From NCBI GenBank assembly GCA_023247075.1, contig JAHFHD010000004.1, positions 1 to 39,822 on the forward strand: DNA of 39,822 bases, in the 5' to 3' direction. The stretch comes from Candidatus Omnitrophota bacterium. GTDB lineage: Bacteria > Omnitrophota > Omnitrophia > Omnitrophales > Danuiimicrobiaceae. Both the position numbers and the translations under genes were made by a program. Each line of letters starts with the position of its first letter. The first letter of the stretch is position 1. The notes under the pieces were generated by a model that did no database searches, was not told the DNA's origin, and was given only the letters and a program-made list of their open reading frames with translations. Shown piece by piece: positions 18,549 through 28,135 of the stretch.

Positions 18549-19322
18549 ATGATTCTGATGAAATCAAGAAACATTGATTTAGAAACTGTCAATGCGCGTT
18601 TTGAAAAAGCACAGCCGGAATTGATTCTTAAATGGGCTATTCAAGAATTCGAGCCGCGCATCGCGCTCACCTCGTCTTTTCAAACCGAGAGCATTGTGCT
18701 TCTTCACATGGTTTCGCAACTGAACCCGGCGATAGAAGTTCTTTTTCTAAACACAGGCTGGCATTTTGAGGAGACGCTTAAATTTAAAAACGAAGTAATC
18801 ACCTCGCTTGGACTTACCAATGTGATGGATCTTGAGGCGCTTCCAGGAAAGCGGGAAAAATCCATCAGCAGTTCGGATGGAAAGCCTTACTTTAAAGACC
18901 CTGACCACTGCTGCTACATTAATAAGGTAGAGCCGCTTGAGCTTGCGCTCAAAGAAGTAGATGCGTGGATTTCTGGGCTGCGCCGCTCACAATCAAAAAC
19001 CAGAAAAGATATTCAAATTGTTGAGGAATATCAAAAAGGTCTTTTTAAAATCAATCCGCTTGCCAATGTCACCTCCGGAGATATTTGGTGGTACATGAAA
19101 GAACACAAGCTGCCGGTGCACCCGCTTTTTGAGAAAGGTTATTTGAGCATTGGCTGCTGGCCATGCACCAAACCGGTTCAGCCCGGGGATGACGAACGTT
19201 CCGGCCGCTGGGCGGGAACCGAGAAAACAGAGTGCGGCATTCACACGTTTTTAAGACCCAAAAAAATAAGCGAGGGAATTTTAGAACAGAAAGAATCTAA
19301 GGAAGAAGGTGGTGGAATATGA
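18549..19322 (+). CDS. cysH: (Phospho)adenylyl-sulfate reductase, Fe-S (APS reductase-type) motifs
   Basis: TSSFQ, CC pair (DHCCYINKVEPL), SIGCWPCT, RSGRW and KTECGIH motifs. Confidence 0.93.
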   Translation: MILMKSRNIDLETVNARFEKAQPELILKWAIQEFEPRIALTSSFQTESIVLLHMVSQLNPAIEVLFLNTGWHFEETLKFKNEVITSLGLTNVMDLEALPGKREKSISSSDGKPYFKDPDHCCYINKVEPLELALKEVDAWISGLRRSQSKTRKDIQIVEEYQKGLFKINPLANVTSGDIWWYMKEHKLPVHPLFEKGYLSIGCWPCTKPVQPGDDERSGRWAGTEKTECGIHTFLRPKKISEGILEQKESKEEGGGI

Positions 19323-20503
19323 AACAAATTGAACCTCATGGAGGAGTGCTCGTATGTCGTGAAGTGACGGGCGCCGCGCGAGCTGAAACAAGTGAAAAAG
19401 CAAAGAAATTAAAATCCATCGTTTTGACTGAGCGCGAAGTCTGCGATTTGGAAATGATTGCAACAGGTGCTATGAGCCCGCTTCAGGGATTTATGATTGA
19501 AAGAGATTACAAAGCTTGTCTTGAATACAAAAGACTTGCAGATGGACTTCCGTGGACAATCCCAATTGTAAAGTCACTCAGCAGGGATGAGAAAGAAATA
19601 GTTGCCAAGGAAAAAGAAATTACCCTTCAAGACTCTAGCGGCCGAGCGCTTGCGATTTTGCAGGTTGAGAGTTTATTTGTTCATGACAAAGCCGAACACG
19701 CGCAGAAGATTTATGGCACGACGGATGAAGCGCATCCAGGAGTCAAGCAAATCAATCAAATGGGAGATTTTTTCCTGGGCGGCCGAATCACACTCTTTGC
19801 CCGCCCCGCCCACCAGGATTATTTAGATCACCGGTTTGACCCTGAGAAAACCCGCGCTTACTTTCGTGAAAAAGGATGGAAGCGCATCGTGGCTTTTCAG
19901 ACACGAAATCCGATTCACCGGGCGCACGAGTATTTGACCAAATGCGCTTTGGAAACTGTTGACGGACTTTTGATTCACCCACTTATGGGTGAAACCAAAA
20001 GCGACGATGTTCCGGCTCGCGTGAGATGGGATTGCTACACCACTTTGGTTGACCGGTATTACCCGAAGGACAAAGTGCTGCTCGGCGTTTTTCCTGCCTC
20101 AATGAGATACGCCGGCCCAAGAGAAGCTGTGTGGCATGCCATTTGCCGGAAAAATTATGGGTGCACGCACTTTATTGTGGGGCGGGACCACGCCGGCTGC
20201 AATCGGCCCGACGGCAAATCCTATTATGGCTCCTATGACGCGCAGCTGATTTTTGACGAGTTTTCCCCAAGTGAAATCGGCATTGAAATTTACAAGTTCG
20301 AGCATTCTTTTTACGACAGAAAATCAGGCGGAATTGTCAGTTACCGAACCGCTCCTCCAGACGCCGACCCATTTGTCGTTTCGGGGACCAAGCTCAGAGA
20401 ACTTTTGCGCGCCGGAGAAATTCCGCCGCCTGAAATCACGCGTCCTGAAGTCGCAAAAATTTTGATTGACGCAATGAGAGAAAACGAAAAAGTAAACCAA
20501 TAA
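19319..20503 (+). CDS. sat: Sulfate adenylyltransferase
   Basis: PHGG, SPLQGFM, AFQTRNPIHRAHEY, GRDHAG and SGTKLR motifs; ATGA overlap with cysH. Confidence 0.97.
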   Translation: MKQIEPHGGVLVCREVTGAARAETSEKAKKLKSIVLTEREVCDLEMIATGAMSPLQGFMIERDYKACLEYKRLADGLPWTIPIVKSLSRDEKEIVAKEKEITLQDSSGRALAILQVESLFVHDKAEHAQKIYGTTDEAHPGVKQINQMGDFFLGGRITLFARPAHQDYLDHRFDPEKTRAYFREKGWKRIVAFQTRNPIHRAHEYLTKCALETVDGLLIHPLMGETKSDDVPARVRWDCYTTLVDRYYPKDKVLLGVFPASMRYAGPREAVWHAICRKNYGCTHFIVGRDHAGCNRPDGKSYYGSYDAQLIFDEFSPSEIGIEIYKFEHSFYDRKSGGIVSYRTAPPDADPFVVSGTKLRELLRAGEIPPPEITRPEVAKILIDAMRENEKVNQ

Positions 20504-20514
20504 ACAGGCAAAAC

Positions 20515-21753
20515 ATGAGCTACGTTAAAGGGCTTAAGTGCAGAGAATGTGCGAGGACGTATCCAGCCGAAGCGATTTATGTCTGCGAATTTTGTTTTGC
20601 ATCGCTTGAGGTGGATTATGACTATGAGGCAATGCGCTCACACGTTACCCGCGCACGTATTGAGTCCGGTCCAAAAAGTTTGTGGCGCTACCGAGACCTC
20701 CTGCCAATTGACCGGGACCCTTCAGAGGGATTTCATTCAGGATTCACACCTCTTGTCCGAGCGGAACGTTTGGCGCAAGCGCTCGGCGTCAAAGAACTAT
20801 TCATTAAAGACGATTCAGTTTGCCACCCCACGCTTTCTTTTAAAGACCGAGTCGTGTCGGTTGCTCTTTCAAAAGCCAAAGAACTTGGTTTTGACACGGT
20901 TGCCTGCGCATCTACGGGAAATCTAGCGAATTCAGTTGCAGCACATGGCGCCAGAGCCGGCCTCAAGCGTTACATCTTTATTCCACATGATTTAGAAGCC
21001 GCAAAAGTTTTGGGGACGCTCATTTATGAGCCAAACCTGATTATGGTGAACGGCAATTACGATGACGTGAATCGTCTGTGTGGAGAAATTGCAGCGAAAT
21101 ACCGCTGGGCTTTTGTGAATGTCAATCTTCGCCCCTATTATGCGGAAGGGTCTAAAACATTTGGGTTTGAAGTGGCAGAACAATTAGGTTGGAAAACCCC
21201 GGCTCACGTGGTGTGCTGCGCGGCAAGCGGTTCGCTCATTACCAAAATTTGGAAAGGGTTTAAAGAATTTGAAAAACTCGACTTGCTTGAAGCGCCAGTT
21301 CAAACAAAACTTCATTGTGCGCAACCCGAAGGTTGTTCCCCCATTTCAGAACTGATTTTAAGCGGTGGCGATGCGCTCAGGCCAGTGAAACCTAAAACCA
21401 TTGCTAAGTCACTTGCCATCGGTAATCCAGCCGACGGCTATTATGCGCGTGACGCAGTACGGGAAAGCGGCGGAAGCGCTGAAGTGGCAACCGACCATGA
21501 AATCAGAGAGGGGATTCAACTACTCGCGCGCACCGAAGGTATTTTTACCGAAACTGCCGGAGGCGTTACCGTAGCCTGCGCCAAAAAATTAATTGAAACG
21601 AAAATAATTCCGAGAAATGACTCAATCGTACTTGCCATCACCGGAAACGGATTAAAGACTCAAGATGCGATTGAATCGGTCATAGAACCTGCCATCAAAA
21701 TCGAACCCCACCTTAAGTCTTTTGAAGAACAAATGCTCGCCGGCCGCAAGTAA
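20515..21753 (+). CDS. thrC: Threonine synthase-family PLP enzyme (N-terminal Cys cluster type)
   Basis: CREC...CEFC, PTLSFKDR (PLP Lys), CASTGNLA, EGSKT and ITGNGLK motifs; the exact reaction is uncertain. Confidence 0.85.
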   Translation: MSYVKGLKCRECARTYPAEAIYVCEFCFASLEVDYDYEAMRSHVTRARIESGPKSLWRYRDLLPIDRDPSEGFHSGFTPLVRAERLAQALGVKELFIKDDSVCHPTLSFKDRVVSVALSKAKELGFDTVACASTGNLANSVAAHGARAGLKRYIFIPHDLEAAKVLGTLIYEPNLIMVNGNYDDVNRLCGEIAAKYRWAFVNVNLRPYYAEGSKTFGFEVAEQLGWKTPAHVVCCAASGSLITKIWKGFKEFEKLDLLEAPVQTKLHCAQPEGCSPISELILSGGDALRPVKPKTIAKSLAIGNPADGYYARDAVRESGGSAEVATDHEIREGIQLLARTEGIFTETAGGVTVACAKKLIETKIIPRNDSIVLAITGNGLKTQDAIESVIEPAIKIEPHLKSFEEQMLAGRK

Positions 21754-21763
21754 CGAGACCTGT

Positions 21764-23179
21764 TTAATTTGATTTTTCGGGGCGGGAAGGCGCAGCAGTC
21801 TCTTTCGCCTCAGGGCCTTCCTCAAGGCGCTTCAGGTTTTCAAATAGTTTTTGGAAAACCCAATTTTGAATTACAAACGGAACAGAATTTCCGTGCATCA
21901 CCGCCGCATACCCATTTTTATCTTCAAGTGGGTCACCAACGTCAAGAATCTGAGGAAGTTCATTTGTCTCATAAATTTCAAGCGCGTATTTGGCAGGCGA
22001 CTTCACTTTTTTCTTTTGTTTTGAATCAAAGACAAGCGCTTTGACTTGAAAACTTTCAATGTCCTTTAGGTAAGCTGCAAGACCCTTCCAGTCCTTTGCG
22101 CCCGGGTCTACGGTGGTGGTTGCTCCATCCGAATGAATCACCAGTTTTTCGAGATGTTCTTTGGTAATCGCAAGCGCCTTTTCCTTAAAAAAGTGACTGT
22201 CATCAATCTGCAAGTTTTCAAATAAAAAAGGGAACAGGTGGAACAAAACAGGAGACCCAGAAACTTGGGCTGGGTAAGACGAGGCGTCTCCGCCTAAGCT
22301 AATTACGCGAAGGTTAATTGCAGGGCTGTTTTTAAACCCAATGTCAATTGTGATTAACGGAGATGAAAAGTCGAGCTTCGCATGTGCGGGGTCAATTGCC
22401 TCCTCAGCTTTTGAAGTTTTGAGAAGTTCTAAAAATTGAACCACCTTTTCACCATCAATTGGAAACGGAAGATCGTTTCGAACAAATTTCCAGCCTTTCT
22501 TAGACGGGTCTTTTGAGTCAGTTTCTAGAAGCGCTTGCGCAGTCACAATTTCTTGACCGTCAAAACGTCTTGCTACTCGAAGCGAAACCACTTGGTTTGT
22601 GTCGAAATCAATCATTTGAGTGGACGCCCAGTAGCCGCTTTCAAGAATTGCATCTGAAGAGTCGCGGTGAATTCCTGTCGCAAGTGGGAAATTGGTGTCG
22701 GTAAAAAATATTTGTTCAGACTCACTGCGCCGCACAAACACTTCTTCTTGTGCTTTCTTTTTTGCGCCAATGAGGAAATGAAGCAGTTCAGAACCGGTGG
22801 AATTGCTTAGCTTTACATGAAAAGCTTCTTCTGGCCCAATTCCAAAGCCAGAAAACAAAGATTTGCTTGTTCCCCGAAGCTCTCCTTTGGCCTCCAGGAT
22901 TTTTTTAAGAAAATTCTCAATTTTTTCTTGATCTGCGTGGGCGTTGGCAAGACTTTTCGCTTGCCAGTTAGCCCCCTCTTTAACGAGGAGAATTCCTTTG
23001 TCTGAACCGGCGCCCTTAAAAATTTCAATCTTTGAAACGCTTGACATGTCAAACGCGAATCCCAGAGAAGCAAATACCTCGGTGGAAAGTTCTTTTGGTT
23101 TTGCGAATTGCTTGAGCGCAACACCAATTGCGAGAAAAGAGAGAATGATTCCGAGAATCAGAAGATGACTACGCTTCAT
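21764..23179 (-). CDS. DUF4340-like membrane-anchored periplasmic protein
   Basis: Start reassigned to MKRSHLL (overlaps the upstream stop); N-terminal anchor; repeated W...AD.EK(I/V) pattern; usual partner of GldG-type ABC systems. Confidence 0.75.
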   Translation of the reverse strand: MKRSHLLILGIILSFLAIGVALKQFAKPKELSTEVFASLGFAFDMSSVSKIEIFKGAGSDKGILLVKEGANWQAKSLANAHADQEKIENFLKKILEAKGELRGTSKSLFSGFGIGPEEAFHVKLSNSTGSELLHFLIGAKKKAQEEVFVRRSESEQIFFTDTNFPLATGIHRDSSDAILESGYWASTQMIDFDTNQVVSLRVARRFDGQEIVTAQALLETDSKDPSKKGWKFVRNDLPFPIDGEKVVQFLELLKTSKAEEAIDPAHAKLDFSSPLITIDIGFKNSPAINLRVISLGGDASSYPAQVSGSPVLFHLFPFLFENLQIDDSHFFKEKALAITKEHLEKLVIHSDGATTTVDPGAKDWKGLAAYLKDIESFQVKALVFDSKQKKKVKSPAKYALEIYETNELPQILDVGDPLEDKNGYAAVMHGNSVPFVIQNWVFQKLFENLKRLEEGPEAKETAAPSRPEKSN

Positions 23180-25695
23180 GGCGTGTGAATCAAAAGGGCT
23201 TTTAGGTAATTGCGTTTTGAACGGCTGCGCATGAACATCCGCATTGCACCTGCCGCTGCAATCAAAGCAGGAATAAAAATGGTTACAAAAAAGCGCCACC
23301 ACACTTTAGTTGCGGTTGAAACATGTCCAAGCGACCGGTTAATCGGCTGCTTGGAGCGTATGGTCACCAAATCTTCGCCAAGTGTAATGGCGTTAATTGA
23401 GTTGAGGAAAAAAGGAAGATGTCCCGCACCCTGGACAAGTTCGCGGTCAAACATTCGAGCGTCTCCGACCAGAAGAAGCTGGCCGGGAGCCGCTGTGAGA
23501 TTTTCAGATTGTTCTGATTTGCTTTCTGGTTTTTTGGCTTGAGGCTCTTCTTCCGAGGTTTCGGTTTCCGGCCACGCGGGAACAACCTGGTTGTGGAATG
23601 TGTTTTCAAATTGTCCCCGCACAAGAACTGCAAGCGGGAATGGGCCATTTTCACTGCTCAAAGTTTTGTTCAGGTCTTTGGGGCGAATTGGGTCTTGGCG
23701 GAATGGAATTTTCCACGAGCGGGCACTTGAAGAAAAAAGTGTTTCGACCTTCAGTTTTTGTTCAGCTACTTTTTTTGAGTCAATTTTAAGGGCAGTGCCC
23801 CAAAGGTAAACAAGCGGAGAAAGATGCGAAGTAATGGACACATTTTGATTCATTCCGGATTGAATAATTCGAATGTGAAGCGGCAGCTTCACCGGAACCG
23901 TAAGGTCAAATGGCCCCATAGAAGAGCCGCCACTTAGATTAATAATGTCATGCTCCTCATCAAGGAGAATCGAATCATCCACTTCAAAACCCCACGGCTT
24001 GGTCAGCGCATTGACGCCCGAATCTTTCCCGCGCGGCATAATGTTAAGACGTGACCCGGCAACGGAATAATCGTACTCATGCTGCTGAACTGCGAGAAAA
24101 ACAGAACCGCCTTGGTAGAGAAATTTATTGATTTCGTAATCTTGACGGTCGCTTAGTTTTTCCGGGTCCAAAATCACAAGTGTTTTCGTACCTTGCGGGA
24201 TGGGCTCAGATTCACTAAGCCGAATTCGTTCGGCGGGAAATCCTTCGTAAGAAAGGGCAAGCCCCACAAGTTCAAACTTGTCGTCACGGTACTGAGGCGG
24301 CACACGACCGCCCCCGAGTTGAGCAAGCAAAGCCTGCATTCCTTTGGGCACCGATTTTTCTTCGTATGGAGCCATGAGCGCAACTTTGGGCTCTTCATCA
24401 AGCGTCATCCGGTAAATTTTAGAAATGACCGTGTATTCAAGCTCGTGAATCGTGTCCGGAATCACTCTGGGAATTACTTCATCAGGCTTATCTTTGTAGG
24501 AAACTGAAAGTGAAGCATAGACAAGCCGCACAGCTACTTCATCTGAAACAATAGCCCTGACTTGAAACGGCTGAATGCCCTTTTGCTGGAGCTGCTCTTC
24601 AAGTGAGCCCCCGTTTTTGCCTGATTCAGCACCCTCAACTACGTTTGCGGCTTCCATGTGGAAAATTTTGTAACGGAAATTGCCTTTTGAAGCAACCACA
24701 AATTCATCCAGCTTGTCGACCACATCCTGCTCAAGTGACTTCATGCCAGTCGGCATTTTGTCGGAAGGCGAAACATAAAACTTCACATTGACAGGAGCTT
24801 CAAGTGCGCGAAGAATTTTCTTGGTCGCTTTTGAAATGGTGTAAATTTTTCCCTGGGTCAGGTCAAAGCGGCCAATCGGAATGCCTGCAAGCAGCCAGTT
24901 TGACAAAAAGAAAATACCCACGCAAGCGGTCACCGCAGTGGTAAAAATTTTCTTCGCATTCGGCCGCATTCGGCCTTCCAGCCAAAATCCGTTCAGGACG
25001 AGAAAAATTCCGGTTCCAAGCAGGAAATAAAGAGCGTCCCGATTGTCAAGAACCCCTTTGCCAAACGATTCAAAGTGACTGGCTGAACCCACATGCGAGC
25101 GAAGTAAGGTGCCAAGACCAGGCAGCCAGCCATCAATAGAAGAAGCAATGTATTCAGTGCCGGTCAGGTGAAGCCCGTAGCAAATAATCATTGCAAGAAT
25201 AAACGCCACAATTTGGTCGCGGCAAAGGCCCGAAATAAAAATGCCGATTGCGAGAAAAAAAGAGCCAAGCAAAATTGCACCCAAATATCCACCCATAATC
25301 ATTCCGAAATCCGGACGGCCGAGCAGGCAAATCATAATGGGAAGGGGAAGCGTGCTTACAAGCGCTGAAAGATAAAACACAAGGCTTGCAAGGAATTTGC
25401 CAAGCACAAGCTCGCGCGTTTCCATTGGAAAGGTGAGCAAAAGTTCAAGCGTGTTGCCCCGCCGTTCCTCAGCCCAAAGGCGCATCGTAACGGCCGGCAG
25501 GAATATGGAAAGGACAAACGGCAGCATTTCAAAAAATGTCCGCATGTCCGCCATGCCAATGAGAAAGAACTGCGTCATAAAAAGCCCGCCGTTCAAAATG
25601 ATAAAGACGATGATGAAGATGTAGGCGATGGCAGAATTAAAATAAGCAGCCATTTCGCGGCGAAATACGGTTAAGAGTCGGGAAACATTAATCAT
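23176..25695 (-). CDS. GldF/GldG-like fused ABC permease plus auxiliary domain
   Basis: TMRLWAEERRGNTLELLLT (GldF-like), RFDLTQGKIYTIS (GldG-like), GPFPLAV; C-terminal transmembrane segment. Confidence 0.88.
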   Translation of the reverse strand: MINVSRLLTVFRREMAAYFNSAIAYIFIIVFIILNGGLFMTQFFLIGMADMRTFFEMLPFVLSIFLPAVTMRLWAEERRGNTLELLLTFPMETRELVLGKFLASLVFYLSALVSTLPLPIMICLLGRPDFGMIMGGYLGAILLGSFFLAIGIFISGLCRDQIVAFILAMIICYGLHLTGTEYIASSIDGWLPGLGTLLRSHVGSASHFESFGKGVLDNRDALYFLLGTGIFLVLNGFWLEGRMRPNAKKIFTTAVTACVGIFFLSNWLLAGIPIGRFDLTQGKIYTISKATKKILRALEAPVNVKFYVSPSDKMPTGMKSLEQDVVDKLDEFVVASKGNFRYKIFHMEAANVVEGAESGKNGGSLEEQLQQKGIQPFQVRAIVSDEVAVRLVYASLSVSYKDKPDEVIPRVIPDTIHELEYTVISKIYRMTLDEEPKVALMAPYEEKSVPKGMQALLAQLGGGRVPPQYRDDKFELVGLALSYEGFPAERIRLSESEPIPQGTKTLVILDPEKLSDRQDYEINKFLYQGGSVFLAVQQHEYDYSVAGSRLNIMPRGKDSGVNALTKPWGFEVDDSILLDEEHDIINLSGGSSMGPFDLTVPVKLPLHIRIIQSGMNQNVSITSHLSPLVYLWGTALKIDSKKVAEQKLKVETLFSSSARSWKIPFRQDPIRPKDLNKTLSSENGPFPLAVLVRGQFENTFHNQVVPAWPETETSEEEPQAKKPESKSEQSENLTAAPGQLLLVGDARMFDRELVQGAGHLPFFLNSINAITLGEDLVTIRSKQPINRSLGHVSTATKVWWRFFVTIFIPALIAAAGAMRMFMRSRSKRNYLKALLIHTP

Positions 25696-26453
25696 ATTCC
25701 AGTTTTCCCTCCACGATTTGGCAAAAGCAGCGCAATAAAAATGTCTTCAAGACTTGGGTTTGATTTCAACTCGCTGCCGCGCAAGCGCACTTCACTTGCA
25801 AGTTCGCTTTGCGTTCCTTGAGAAACAATTTTTCCTTCATTAATAATAACAATTCGGTCAGCCGCAGCCTCTACTTCCTGGAGAATATGTGTTGAAAAAA
25901 TAATGGTTTTTTCTTTAGCTAAATTTCGAATCAATTCCCGGATTCCAATGATTTGAAGCGGGTCAAGTCCTGAGGTGGGCTCATCAAGAATAAGCACTTT
26001 CGGGTCGTGGATGAGCGCTTGGGCAAGTCCAACGCGCTGGCGAAACCCTTTTGAAAGTTCCGAGATCAAATGCTTCCAAACAGATTCAAGATTGCAGGCT
26101 TCGCGCACCCAGCGCAGCCGCTCCGTTAATTTTTGTCCTTGAAGACCACGCGCACTTCCAACAAATGTGAGATATTCCTCAGTTTGCATGTCAGGGTAAA
26201 GCGGTGCGGTTTCAGGAAGATAACCAATGCATCTGCGGACTTTTTCAGAATTTTCTAAAATGTCGAGGCCATCAATTTTGGCCGTTCCCGATGAGGGGTA
26301 CAGGTAAGTTGTGAGAATACGCATCGCAGTCGTTTTGCCCGCGCCATTTGGCCCAAGAAGCCCGAGCACTTCCCGCTCGTTTGCACGGAACGACACATTT
26401 GAAAGCGCCACATAATTTCCGTAGCGCATGGTAAGAGACCGAACATCAATCAT
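25692..26453 (-). CDS. GldA-like ABC transporter ATPase
   Basis: Start reassigned to MIDVRSL; GPNGAGKTT, LSKGFRQR, DEPTSGLDP and STHILQEVE motifs. Confidence 0.92.
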   Translation of the reverse strand: MIDVRSLTMRYGNYVALSNVSFRANEREVLGLLGPNGAGKTTAMRILTTYLYPSSGTAKIDGLDILENSEKVRRCIGYLPETAPLYPDMQTEEYLTFVGSARGLQGQKLTERLRWVREACNLESVWKHLISELSKGFRQRVGLAQALIHDPKVLILDEPTSGLDPLQIIGIRELIRNLAKEKTIIFSTHILQEVEAAADRIVIINEGKIVSQGTQSELASEVRLRGSELKSNPSLEDIFIALLLPNRGGKTGI

Positions 26454-26561
26454 AACTGCTCCAAAGTTTGAATTACATTTTACACACCCTGTCAAGAGTA
26501 CGGCCCTGACTGCGCCATTAAAATTGTGTTCTTTGCCTGTAAAGCAGCACTGCTTCACTGT

Positions 26562-26625
26562 GTCATTCCCGCGAAAGCGGGAATCCACTAATCCTGGATC
26601 CCCGCTTAAAGAGTGCGGGGATGAC
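26562..26625. repeat. RPE/REP-like palindrome (GTCATTCCCGCGAAAGCGGGAATCC class)
   Basis: gtcattcccgcgaaagcgggaatcc...ggatccccgc...gcggggatgac. Confidence 0.88.
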
Positions 26626-26732
26626 AATGGGGCGCGAAGTAAAGTGCGCAATTTTAGTTTCGGGATTTATGGTTTTATGCGCAAGGAATTTCTTTTGCGC
26701 GGCAGAGCTTGATCAGCTAGAATACAAATCCT

Positions 26733-27008
26733 ATGGCAATTAAAGTAAGAATTCCAACGCCTCTACAAAAACTAACGCAAGAAAAGCCTGAAGTGGAACT
26801 TCACGCAAGCTCGATCGAACACTTAATTCAGGAGCTTGAACATGCCTACCCCGGGATGAAAGCCCGCATTTGTGATGAGTCGGGGAATGTCAGGCGCTTC
26901 ATTAATATCTTCCTCAATGAAGAAGACATCCGGTTCCTGAGCCGGGAAAAAACAGCGCTTAAAGACGGGGATGAAGTCTCCATTCTGCCGGCAATTGCGG
27001 GCGGCTAA
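26733..27008 (+). CDS. MoaD/ThiS/CysO-family ubiquitin-like sulfur carrier
   Basis: VRIPTPL, RRFINIFLNEEDIR and C-terminal ILPAIAGG di-glycine. Confidence 0.92.
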   Translation: MAIKVRIPTPLQKLTQEKPEVELHASSIEHLIQELEHAYPGMKARICDESGNVRRFINIFLNEEDIRFLSREKTALKDGDEVSILPAIAGG

Positions 27009-27016
27009 CTCCCTTC

Positions 27017-28003
27017 ATGGCACTGACCCTAGACCTAATTTCTGACCTCAAAGAGCGTGTGATTGAAGGTGGTGAAATCACGCGCGAAGAAGCTTGTTTG
27101 CTTATGTCTGTAGAGGGCACTGATTTATTTGAAGCACTGCTTTGCGCTGCCCATGACATCACTTTAGCGTACCACTCAAAAAGAGCAGGACTTTGCTCGC
27201 TCATTAACGCAAAAAGTTATTTGTGCGCGGAAGATTGTGGATTTTGCGCGCAATCCGTCCGCTTTGAAACTTCTGCTGCGCGGTATGAATTACTTGAGCC
27301 GGATGTGATTATTGCCGCGGCAAAAAAAGCCGAGGAAAATGGCGCCCAAAATTTTTGCATTGTGACAAGCGGTGGCGCTTTAAGCGATGACGAATTCGAA
27401 AAAATGCTTCCGATTATCCGCCGGTTGAAGAACGAGACAAAACTTGGCATTGATGGCTCACTCGGATTTTTAACCGCTGAGCGTGTCACTCAATTGAAAG
27501 CTGCAGGACTCAGGCGTTTCAACAGCAATCTTCAAACCTCCCGTGAATTTTACCCCGAAATTGTGTCCACTCATTCCTATGACAAACGCATTGAGACACT
27601 TGAACTTCTTCGCGAGGGCGAACTTGAAATGTGTTCAGGGGGAATTTTAGGAATGGGCGAAAGCGCAGAAGACCGTGTAAATATGGTTTTTGAACTCAAG
27701 CGTTTCAAGCCTGAATGTCTTCCAGTAAATATTTTAAATCCACGCCCTGGCACGCCGCTTGAACAAGTCACCAAACTTTCATCCGAAGAAATTCTTAAAA
27801 CCATAGCGGTTTACCGATTTGTTCTTCCACAATCCAACATCAAGCTTTCAGGAGGAAGGGAAGTGAATCTCTCGCAATTGGAACAAGAACAGGCGCTTCG
27901 CGGCGGCGCAAACGGACTAATTGTCGGCGGCTACCTCACGACAGGCGCAAATCCGGTGAAGCAGGATCTTGAGATGCTCAAACGCGCCGGCTACGAATTT
28001 TAG
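27017..28003 (+). CDS. bioB: Biotin synthase
   Basis: INAKS then CAEDCGFCAQS radical SAM motif; CSGGILGMGE, PVNILNPRPGTP, SGGRE and GYLTT motifs. Confidence 0.95.
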   Translation: MALTLDLISDLKERVIEGGEITREEACLLMSVEGTDLFEALLCAAHDITLAYHSKRAGLCSLINAKSYLCAEDCGFCAQSVRFETSAARYELLEPDVIIAAAKKAEENGAQNFCIVTSGGALSDDEFEKMLPIIRRLKNETKLGIDGSLGFLTAERVTQLKAAGLRRFNSNLQTSREFYPEIVSTHSYDKRIETLELLREGELEMCSGGILGMGESAEDRVNMVFELKRFKPECLPVNILNPRPGTPLEQVTKLSSEEILKTIAVYRFVLPQSNIKLSGGREVNLSQLEQEQALRGGANGLIVGGYLTTGANPVKQDLEMLKRAGYEF

Positions 28004-28016
28004 GTGCCTAGTTGTT

Positions 28017-28135
28017 GTCATTACGAAGCGGCATTCCATGCAATGCTGACTTGTCCGCCAGTAGTTTGGTGGAAGCAATCCAAAATTTAAATTGCTTCGT
28101 CCCCGCCAGAAAATCTGGCGAGTCCTCGCAATGAC
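28017..28135. repeat. RPE-like palindrome (GTCATT.CGA...GCAATC...CTCGCAATGAC class) with nested ccgcca mini-hairpins
   Basis: Ends gtcattacgaag / cctcgcaatgac; core gaagcaatcc...attgcttc; same class as 32220-32307. Confidence 0.8.

Noticed and set aside
21764-26453. Gliding motility system
   Set aside because: GldA/F/G-like ABC cassettes are widespread outside gliding bacteria, and no other gld/spr genes are present.
26454-26651. 66-aa N-terminal extension of the ABC ATPase
   Set aside because: It is read through an intergenic palindrome; homology starts at ATG 26453.
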